NCBI RefSeq assembly: GCF_037038585.1
Contig: NC_092556.1
Location: forward strand, 386,619 to 450,618
Direction of reading: 5' to 3'
From: Patagioenas fasciata
Lineage: Eukaryota
DNA: 64,000 bases
This document shows, piece by piece, positions 56,001 through 64,000 of the stretch; the first letter of the stretch is position 1; each line of letters starts with the position of its first letter. Below the pieces are notes generated by a model. That model was not told the origin of the DNA and did not search any database. It saw nothing but the letters and a program-made list of their open reading frames with translations. Position numbers and translations under genes: made by a program.

Positions 56001-57697
56001 GCTGGTTAAACTGGTTACAGACTGGTTACACTGGTTACAGGCTGGTTAAACTGGTTACAGACTGCTCAGACTGGTTACAGACCGGTTACACTGGTTACAG
56101 ACTGGTTACACTGGTTACACTGGTTACACTGGTTACACTGGTTACAGACTGGTCAGACTGGTTACAGACTGGTTAGACGACTGGTTACACTGGTTACAGA
56201 CTGGTTACAGACTGGTTACACTGGTTACAGACTGGTCAGACTGGTCAGACTGGTTACACTGGTTACAGACTGGTCAGACTGGTCAGACTGGTTACAGACT
56301 GGTTGCACTGGTTACACACTGGTTACACTGGTTACAGACTGGTTAGACTGGTCAGACTGGTCAGACTGGTTACACACTGGTTACACTGGTTACAGACTGG
56401 TCAGACTGGTTACACTGGTTACAGACTGGCTACACTGCGGAGAGACTGGTTATACTGGTTAGAGACTGGATATACCAGTTATGGACTGGTCAGACTGGTT
56501 ACAGACTGGTTAGACTGGAGAGAGACTGGTTAGAGACTGGGGAGAGACTGGTTAGACTGGTTAGAGACTGGGGAGAGACTGGTTAGACTGGTTAGAGACT
56601 GGATAGACCAGTTACAGACCGGTTAAACTGGTTACAGACTGGTTAGAGACTGGGGAGAGACTGGTTAGACTGGTTAGAGACTGGATATACCAGTTACGGA
56701 CTGGTTAGACTGGTTACAGACTGGTTAGACTGGAGAGAGACTGGTTAGAGACTGGATATACCAGTTACGGACTGGTTAGACTGGTTACAGACTGGTTAGA
56801 GACTGGATAGACCAGTTACAGACTGGTTAGACTGGTTAGAGAGACTGGTTATAGCCATTAGAGACTGGTTAGCCTGGTTATACCAGTTAGAGACCAGTTA
56901 GAGCCTCATTAGACTGGTTAGAGCCTCATTAGACTGGTTAGAGACTGGGGAAAGAGACCGGTTATGATACTGGTTATACTGGTTAGAGAGACTGGTTAGA
57001 CTGGTTAGCGAGATTGGTTAGACTGGGGAGACTGGTCAGACTGGGGAGTTACACTGGTTATACTGGGAACACTGGTTATACTGGGGGTCTGGTTATACTG
57101 GGGAGGTTGGTTATACTGGGAGACTGGGGGGAACTACGGGGAACTGGTTTATACTGGAGGGACTGGGAGGGATTGGGGAGCACTGGGATGAACTGGGAGG
57201 GGATTGGGAAGGACTGGGGGGGTCACTGGGATGAACTGGGGGTCACTGGTCGGTACTGGTCTGTACTGGTCCATACTGGTCTGGACTGGTCCGTACTGGT
57301 CCCAGGGGGCCCCGGGCTGTTCAGCCTCCTCCTCTGGGTCGGGACTGGGGGGCACTGGTCTGAACTGGTCCGTACTGGTCTGAACTGGTCCATACTGGTC
57401 CATACTGGTCTGAACTGGTCCGTACTGGTCTGAACTGGTCCGTACTGGTCTGAACTGGTCCGTACTGGTCCATACTGGTCTGAACTGGTCCATACTGGTC
57501 TGAACTGGTCCGTCCTGGTCCCAGTGCTCCCGGGGGGCCCCGGGCTGTTCCGCCTCCTCCTCTGGGTCGCGACCCCCATGGCCGCCCTCAAGTTCCTGCT
57601 GAACCTGCTGCAGCTGGGCGGAGCCGCCGCGCGATTGGCCGCCCTGGACGCCGCCGCCAGGCGATTGGACGGGGCGCCCCGCCCCAAAACCCAGTGA
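50040..57697 (+). CDS. CDIPT: CDP-diacylglycerol--inositol 3-phosphatidyltransferase (phosphatidylinositol synthase), complete CDS in 6 exons, 224 aa
   Basis: Plus-strand exons: 50040-50088, 51143-51277, 52507-52660, 53342-53423, 53999-54080, 57525-57697 (includes stop). Translation: MGGKGENVLLFAPNVIGYARVALAAASFWLMPSRPGPAAALYGASAALDAVDGAVARRLHQGTRFGAMLDMLTDRLSSMCLLVNLALLYPATAALFQLSMALDIASHWLHLHCTTLEGGASHKNVGGEGHWLLRLYYTHKPVLFVVCAGNEAFYCALYLLRFGDGPRGVLPGGPGLFRLLLWVATPMAALKFLLNLLQLGGAAARLAALDAAARRLDGAPRPKTQ*. It is collinear with my recall of human CDIPT (..FLFVPNLIGYARI...DAFDGHAARALNQGTRFGAMLDMLTDRCSTMCLLVNLALLYP...SHWLHLH...LRIYYTSRPALFTLCAGNELFYCLLYL..) and carries the CDP-alcohol phosphatidyltransferase D-G-x-x-A-R...G-x-x-x-D-x-x-x-D signature. 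All junctions are GT..AG. Confidence 0.9.
50090..50790 (+). repeat. 7-bp based satellite GACTGGGAGGGACTGGGGGGC (CDIPT intron 1)
   Basis: Direct reading. Confidence 0.85.
51143..51277 (+). CDS. CDIPT: CDIPT exon 2
   Basis: Acceptor cccccccccag|GCTACGCC and donor CACCAGG|gtgggcgg. Confidence 0.88.
51290..52170 (+). repeat. About 20 bp satellite GGTGTGGTTTAGGTGGGAGGG (CDIPT intron 2)
   Basis: Direct reading. Confidence 0.85.
52507..52660 (+). CDS. CDIPT: CDIPT exon 3
   Basis: Acceptor cgcccccccag|GGACCCG and donor GCACTG|gtgggcgg. Contains the GAMLDMLTDR active-site block. Confidence 0.9.
52690..53230 (+). repeat. About 30 bp satellite GGCGGAGCTAAAGGGGTGGGGATAAAGG (CDIPT intron 3)
   Basis: Direct reading. 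Confidence 0.85.
53342..53423 (+). CDS. CDIPT: CDIPT exon 4
   Basis: Acceptor cctcccccag|CACCACC and donor CACAAG|gtgggggag. Confidence 0.88.
53999..54080 (+). CDS. CDIPT: CDIPT exon 5
   Basis: Acceptor cgcccccag|CCGGTGCTG and donor CCCCGCG|gtgaggcg. Confidence 0.88.
54090..57060 (+). repeat. 3 kb satellite in CDIPT intron 5: 22-bp GACTGGTCAGACTGGGTACAGAC in about 60 copies (54090-55450), grading into ACTGGTTACAGACTGGTTAC variants (55450-57060)
   Basis: Direct reading. Confidence 0.9.
57525..57697 (+). CDS. CDIPT: CDIPT exon 6 (terminal; ..LWVATPMAALKFLLNLL.., stop TGA)
   Basis: Acceptor cgtcctggtcccag|TGCTCCC. Frame is continuous from exon 5. The stop is at 57695-57697. Confidence 0.82.
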
Positions 57698-57789
57698 CTC
57701 CGCCCCAGAACCCGCCCGGGACCCCCGCGAAATGTCCCCAAAACCGCCCCATAAACGGAGCAACCGCCCACCCCTGGAGGGGTTTCCTC

Positions 57790-59400
57790 ACCATTGACTC
57801 GTTAACGCCTTCGCCAATCAACGGGGGGTTAATTAGGGGCTAATTAAGAGTGGGGAGGGGTCTCCTGACCTTCTAGACCCCATAACTACCAACCCAACCC
57901 ATTGAGACCCAATGACCACCAACCCCATTGAGACCCAACCACCAACCCTATGTAGATGCAACTTCACCATTGACTCATTAAGCCTCTGGCCAATCAATGG
58001 GGGGTTAATTAGGGGCTAATTAAGAGTGGGGGAGGAGTCACCTGACCTTCTAGACCCCATAACTACCAACCCAACCCACTGAGACCCAATGACCACCAAC
58101 CCCATTGAGATGCAACCACCAACCCCTTGAGATGTTTCCTCACCATTGACTCATTAAGCCCTTGGCCAATCAACGGGGGGTTAATTAGGGGCTAATTAAG
58201 ACTGGGGGAGGAGTCACCTGACCTTCTAGACCCCATAACTACCAACCCCATAGAGACCCAATGACTACGAACCCATTGAGACTCAAGAACCATCAACCCC
58301 ATTGAGTTGTTTCTCCACCATTGACTCATTAAGCCCTTGGCCAATCAAAAGGTTAATTAATTATGGACTAATTAAGAGTGGGGAGGGGTCTCCTGACCTT
58401 CTAGACCCCGTAACTACCAACCCAACCCATTGAGACCCAATGACCACCAACCCCATTGAGATGCAACCACCAACCCCTTGAGATGTTTCCTCACCATTGA
58501 CTCATTAAGACCTTGGCCAATCAAAATGTTAATTAATAAGGGGTTAATTAAGAGTGGGGAGGGGCCTCCTGGCCTTCTAGACCCCATAACTACCAACCCC
58601 ATAGAGACCCAATGACCACCAACCCACTGAGACCCAATGACCGTGAACCCCATTGAGATGCAACCACCAACCCCTTGAGATGTTTCCTCACCATTGACTC
58701 ATTAAGCCCTTGGCCAATCAACGGGGGGTTAATTAGGGGCTAATTAAGACTGGGGGAGGAGTCATCTGACCTTCTAGACCCCATAACTACCAACCCCATA
58801 GAGACCCAATGACCATGAACCCATTGAGACCCAACGACCATCAACCCCATTGAGTTGTTTCTCCACCATTGACTCATTAAGCTCTTGGCCAATCAAAAGG
58901 TTAATTAATTATGGACTAATTAAGAGTGGGGAGGGGTCTCCTGACCTTCTAGACCCCATAACTACCAACCCAACCCACTGAGACCCAATGACCACCAACC
59001 CCATTGAGACCCAACCACCAACCCTATGTAGACGCAACTTCACCATTGACTCATTAAGCCTTTGCCAATGAATGGGGGGTTAATTAGGGGCTAATTAAGA
59101 GTGGGGAGGGGCCTCCTGGCCTTCTAGACCCCATAACTACCAACCCCATAGAGACCCAATGACCACCAACCCATTGAGACTCAAGAACCATCAACCCCAT
59201 TGAGATGTTTCCTCACCATTGACTCATTAAGCCCTTGGCCAATCAACGGGGGGTTAATTATGGACTAATTAAGAGTGGGGAGGGGTCTCCTGACCTTCTA
59301 GACCCCATAACTACCAACCCAACCCACTGAGACCCAATGACCGTGAACCCCATTGAGATGCAACCACCAACCCCTTGAGATGTTTCCTCACCATTGACTC
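57790..59400 (+). repeat. 177-bp (nucleosome-length) satellite in about 9 copies, containing GGCCAATCAA and GGGTTAATTAGGGGCTAATTAAG motifs, between the convergent 3' ends of CDIPT and MFAP4-like
   Basis: Monomer starts (CACCATTGACTCATTAAGCC) are near 57965, 58143, 58316, 58494, 58685, 58862, 59040, 59215 and 59390. Confidence 0.88.
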
Positions 59401-59472
59401 CTGAAGCCTGTGGCCAATTAACGAGCGGGTTTAATTGCACGCGCGGGGGCGGGGCGGGGCGGGGGCGGGGCC

Positions 59473-59720
59473 TCAGAGGCGCCGGATCTTCATCTCGCTC
59501 TTGCGCAGCGAGTAGTAGAAGCCCTTCCACTGGGCCCAGTTGATGCCGTTGGCGTAGGAGAGGTGGGCGCCCCCCAGGTAGAAGCCGTTGAGGTTGGAGA
59601 AGTGGCAGCTGCGGAACCACCAGGCGCCCGAGGAGAGGGCGGCGCAGTTCTGCACGTACAGGTCCTGGTCGCGGTCGAAGGTGGAGAACTTCTGCCCGTT
59701 GTGGTAGCTCAGGGAGTCCC
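59473..59720 (-). CDS. MFAP4: MFAP4-like last exon ([39 protein letters not shown]...EMKIRRL*)
   Basis: Acceptor caccccccag|GGGACTCC on the minus strand. The stop codon TGA is at 59473-59475. Confidence 0.88.
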
Positions 59721-62510
59721 CTGGGGGTGGGGGGGGTCGTTGGGGTGGGGTCCCCGTCCCCATGGTTGACATTGACCTGGGGTCCCCTCCATTGACCTGG
59801 GGTCCCCTCCATTGACCTGGGGTCCCCTCCATTGACCTGGGGTCCCATTCCCATGGTTGACGTTGACTTGATCTCCCTCCCATTGACCCCCATTGACCAC
59901 ATTGAACCCCATTGACCCCCATTGACCCCCATTGACTCCCATTGATCCCCATTGACTGCCATTGAACCCCATTGACCCCCATTGACCCCCATTGACGCCC
60001 ATTGACTCCCATTGACCGCCATTGACTCCCATTGACCCCCACTGATCCCCATTGACCCCCATTAACTCCCATTGACGCCCATTGATTCCCATTGATCCCC
60101 ATTGACCCCCATTGACTTCCATTGATTCCCATTGACCCCCATTGACCTCCATTGACTCCCATTGACCCCCATTGACCCCATTGATCCCCATTGACCCCCA
60201 TTGACTCCTGGTCGCGGTCGAAGGTGGAGAACTTCTGCCCGTTGTGGTAGCTCAGGGAGTCCCCTGGGGGTGGGGGGGTCGTTGGGGTGGGGTCCCCGTC
60301 CCCGTGATTGACGTTGACCTGGGGTCCCCTCCCCATGGTTGACATTGACCTGGGGTCCCCTCCATTGACCTGGGGTCCCCTCCCCATGGTTGACATTGAC
60401 CCAATGGCCCTCATGGTGGACGTTGACCTGGGGTCCCCTCCATTGACCTGGGGTCCCCTCCATTGACCTGGGGTCCCATTCCCATGGTTGACGTTGACTT
60501 GATCTCCCTCCCATTGACCACATTGAACCCCATTGACCCCCATTGATCCCCATTGACTCCCATTGATCCCCATTGACTGCCATTGAACCCCATTGACCCC
60601 CATTGACCCCTGTTGATCCCCATTGACTCCCATTGACTTCCATTGATTCTCATTGACTCCCATTGACCCCATTGACGCCCATTGACTCCCATTGACCGCC
60701 ATTGACCCCCATTGACTCCCATTGACCCCCATTGACTCCCATTGACCACCATTGACCCCCACTGACCCCCATTGACCCCCATTGACCCCCATTGACCCCC
60801 ATTGATCCCCATTGATCCCCATTGACCCCCATTGACTCCTGGTCGCGGTCGAAGGTGGAGAACTTCTGCCCGTTGTGGTAGCTCAGGGAGTCCCCTGGGG
60901 GTGGGGGGGTCGTTGGGGTGGGGTCCCCGTCCCCATGGTTGACATTGACCTGGGGTCCCCTCCATTGACCTGGGGTCCCCTCCATTGACCTGGGGTCCCC
61001 TCCATTGACTTCTTGTCCCCTCCCCATGGTTGACATTGACCTGGGGTCCCCTCCATTGACCTGGGGTCCCATTCCCATGGTTGACGTTGACTTGATCTCC
61101 CTCCCATTGACCACATTGAACCCCATTGACCCCCATTGACCACATTGAACCCCATTGACCCCCATTGACTCCCATTGACCCCCACTGACCCCCACTGACC
61201 CCCATTGATTCCTATTGACCCCCATTGACTCCCATTGACTTTCATTGATTCCCATTGACCCCCATTGACTCCCAGTGACCCCCAGTGACCCCCACTGACC
61301 CCCATTGACCCCCATTGACTCCCATTGACCCCCATTGACTCCCAGTGACCCCCAGTGACCCCCACTGACCCCCATTGACCCCCATTGACCCCCATTGACT
61401 CCCATTGACCCCCACTGACCCGCATTGACTCCCATTGACCCCCATTGACTCCCATTGACCCCCACTGACCCCCATTGACTCCCATTGACCCCCATTGACC
61501 CCATTGACCCCCACTGACCCCCACTGACCCCCATTGAACCCCATTGACTCCCATTGACCCCCATTGACCCCATTGACCCCCATTGACCCCCATTGATCCC
61601 CATTGACTCCCATTGACTCCCATTGACCCCCATTGACCCCGTTGACCCCCATTGACCCCATTGACCCCCATTGACTCCTGGTCGCGGTCGAAGGTGGAGA
61701 ACTTCTGCCCGTTGTGGTAGCTCAGGGAGTCCCCTGGGGGTGGGGGGGTCGTTGGGGTGGGGTCCCCGTCCCCGTGATTGACGTTGACCTGGGGTCCCCT
61801 CCATAGACCTGGGGTCCCCTCCATGGACCTGGGGTCCCATTCCCATGGTTGACGTTGACTTGATCTCCCTCCCATTGACCACATTGAACCCCATTGACCC
61901 CCATTGACCACATTGACTCCCATTGACCCCCATTGACTCCCATTGATCCCCATTGACTGCCATTGAACCCCATTGACCCCCATTGACCCCTGTTGATCCC
62001 CATTGACCCCCATTGACTTCCATTGATTCTCATTGACTCCCATTGACCCCCACTGACGCCCATTGACCCCCATTGACCCCAATTGACTCCCACTGACCCC
62101 CATTGACCCCCACTGACCCCCACTGATCCCCACTGACCCCCATTGACTCCCATTGACCCCCATTGACTCCGTTGACCCCCATTGACCCCCACTGATCCCC
62201 ATTGACCCCATTGACCCCCATTGACCCCCATTGATCCCCATTGACTCCCATTGACTCCGTTGCCCCCCACTGACCCCCACTGACCCCCATTGCCCCCCGT
62301 CGCCCCCCGTCGCCCCCCGCCCCTCACCGGCGCCGCCGTCCACGAAGCCGCCCACGTGCAGGGTGTACCCGTCCTCCTCGGCGCTCACGGCGTGGGGCGA
62401 CAGCGCGAAGCGGCCGTAGGTGGCGGCCGCCGAGTTGTTCTCGAAGTCCTCGAGCTCCACGCGCAGCTCGTAGCGGCCCTGCAGCGTCAGCAGGTGCAGC
62501 GCCTGCAGCC
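59473..62510 (-). CDS. MFAP4: MFAP4-like fibrinogen C-terminal domain protein, 3' terminal two coding exons only (partial at window end)
   Basis: Minus-strand exons 62328-62510 and 59473-59720. Translation: (G)[142 protein letters not shown]. It is nearly collinear with my recall of the human MFAP4 C-terminus (..[142 protein letters not shown]). Upstream exons must lie beyond 64000. Confidence 0.82.
59730..62310 (+). repeat. 12-bp satellite CCATTGACCCCC with a 550-840 bp higher-order structure carrying copies of the MFAP4-like last-exon 5' fragment (MFAP4-like intron)
   Basis: Direct reading. Confidence 0.9.
62328..62510 (-). CDS. MFAP4: MFAP4-like penultimate exon ([25 protein letters not shown]...[10 protein letters not shown])
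   Basis: Acceptor ccccacctgcag|GGCTGCAG and donor GGCGCCG|gtgaggggcg on the minus strand. 183 bp. Phase is consistent with the last exon. Confidence 0.82.
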
Positions 62511-62519
62511 CTGCAGGTG

Positions 62520-64000
62520 GGGTGATGTGGGGTGATGTGGGGTGATGTGGGGCAGATGTGGGGCGGGATGTGGGGTGATGTGGGGCAGATGTGGGGCGGG
62601 ATGTGGGGTGATGTGGGGCGGGATGTGGGGTGATGTGGGGCGGGATGTGGGGCAGCTCGTAGCGGCCCTGCAGCGTCAGCAGGTGCAGCGCCTGCAGCCC
62701 TGCAGGTGGGGCGATGTGGGGTGATGTGGGGTGATGTGGGGCAGGATGTGGGGCGGGATGTGGGGCAGATGTGGGGCGGGATGTGGGGCAGCTCGTAGCG
62801 GCCCTGCAGCGTCAGCAGGTGCAGCGCCTGCAGCCCTGCAGGTGGGGCGATGTGGGGTGATGTGGGGTGATGTGGGGTGATGTGGGGAGGGATGTGGGGC
62901 AGATGTGGGGCGGGATGTGGGGCAGCTCGTAGCGGCCCTGCAGCGTCAGCAGGTGCAGCGCCTGCAGCCCTGCGTGTGGGGTGATGTGGGGTGATGTGGG
63001 GTGATGTGGGGCAGATGTGGGGCAGATGTGGGGCGGGATGTGGGGCAGCTCGTAGCGGCCCTGCAGCGTCAGCAGGTGCAGCGCCTGCAGCCCTGCAGGT
63101 GGGGTGATGTGGGGTGATGTGGGGCAGATGTGGGGCGGGATGTGGGGCAGATGTGGGGTGATGTGGGGCAGATGTGGGGCAGGATGTGGGGCAGCTCGTA
63201 GCGGCCCTGCAGCGTCAGCAGGTGCAGCGCCTGTAGCCCTGGATGTGGGGTGATGTGGGGTGATGTGGGGCGGGATGTGGGGCAGCTCGTAGCGGCCCTG
63301 CAGCGTCAGCAGGTGCAGCACCTGCAGCCCTGCATGTGGGGTGATGTGGGGTGATGTGGGGTGATGTGGGGTGATGTGGGGCAGGATGTGGGGCGGGATG
63401 TGGGGCAGCTCGTAGCGGCCCTGCAGCGTCAGCAGGTGCAGCGCCTGCAGCCCTGCAGGTGGGGCGATGTGGGGTGATGTGGGGTGATGTGGGGCAGGAT
63501 GTGGGGCGGGATGTGGGGCAGATGTGGGGCGGGATGTGGGGCAGCTCGTAGCGGCCCTGCAGCGTCAGCAGGTGCAGCGCCTGCAGCCCTGCAGGTGGGG
63601 CGATGTGGGGTGATGTGGGGTGATGTGGGGTGATGTGGGGAGGGATGTGGGGCAGATGTGGGGCGGGATGTGGGGCAGCTCGTAGCGGCCCTGCAGCGTC
63701 AGCAGGTGCAGCGCCTGCAGCCCTGCGTGTGGGGTGATGTGGGGTGATGTGGGGTGATGTGGGGCAGATGTGGGGCAGATGTGGGGCGGGATGTGGGGCA
63801 GCTCGTAGCGGCCCTGCAGCGTCAGCAGGTGCAGCGCCTGCAGCCCTGCAGGTGGGGTGATGTGGGGTGATGTGGGGCAGATGTGGGGCGGGATGTGGGG
63901 CAGATGTGGGGTGATGTGGGGCAGATGTGGGGCAGGATGTGGGGCAGCTCGTAGCGGCCCTGCAGCGTCAGCAGGTGCAGCGCCTGTAGCCCTGGATGTG
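62520..64000 (+). repeat. About 120-150 bp tandem units in about 11 copies. Each is a copy of the MFAP4-like penultimate-exon acceptor plus the first about 50 nt of that exon, followed by GATGTGGGG satellite
   Basis: The unit GGGCAGCTCGTAGCGGCCCTGCAGCGTCAGCAGGTGCAGCGCCTGCAGCCCTGCAGGTGGGGTGATGTGGGG.. is repeated. The minus-strand ORF 62812-63321 reads [17 protein letters not shown] three times. Confidence 0.9.

Noticed and set aside
54090-57060. Regular 22-bp GACTGGTCAGACTGGGTACAGAC units considered as possible small-RNA or tRNA-like cluster
   Set aside because: There is no cloverleaf or stem-loop potential and no A/B box spacing. It is a plain intronic satellite of CDIPT.
1-64000. CRISPR arrays, given the abundant short direct repeats
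   Set aside because: The repeats are perfect tandem satellites without unique spacers. The sequence contains spliced vertebrate genes, so this is a eukaryotic satellite-rich region and not a prokaryotic array.

Overview
The window is a very GC-rich, gene-dense vertebrate segment. MYLPF translates to what I recall as the chicken fast skeletal myosin light chain 2, so it looks avian and microchromosome-like. Roughly four fifths of the sequence is tandem repeats. I count about 45 distinct satellite or minisatellite arrays with units of 9 to 220 bp. They fill nearly every intron and intergenic space, and unique exons sit as small islands between them.

I could reconstruct five protein-coding genes by spliced translation:
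- MYLPF, minus strand, complete in 7 exons (7805-18164).
- PAGR1, minus strand, complete in 3 exons (21851-28838).
- A TAOK2-like kinase, plus strand, 11 N-terminal coding exons (32941-44491). The C-terminal exons were not found.
- CDIPT, plus strand, complete in 6 exons (50040-57697).
- An MFAP4-like fibrinogen-domain gene, minus strand, last two exons (59473-62510). Upstream exons lie beyond the window end.

PAGR1, TAOK2, CDIPT and MYLPF are all human 16p11.2 genes, so this looks like the avian counterpart of that region. Gene order is condensed and rearranged relative to human.

The most notable observations are:
- Splice-acceptor plus exon-start fragments of MFAP4-like, PAGR1 and CDIPT have been copied into the flanking satellite arrays and tandemly amplified.
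- PAGR1 exon 1 carries an in-frame 21-bp coding minisatellite.
- A CpG-island promoter with GABP, NRF1, YY1, NF-Y and SP1 motifs sits between head-to-head PAGR1 and TAOK2.
- Arrays of YY1-like and NF-Y-like motifs occur in several places.
- A 177-bp nucleosome-length satellite and an AT-rich satellite island stand out from the GC-rich background.
- The same satellite families recur in both orientations throughout the window.

I saw no RNA genes, transposons or CRISPR-like structures.
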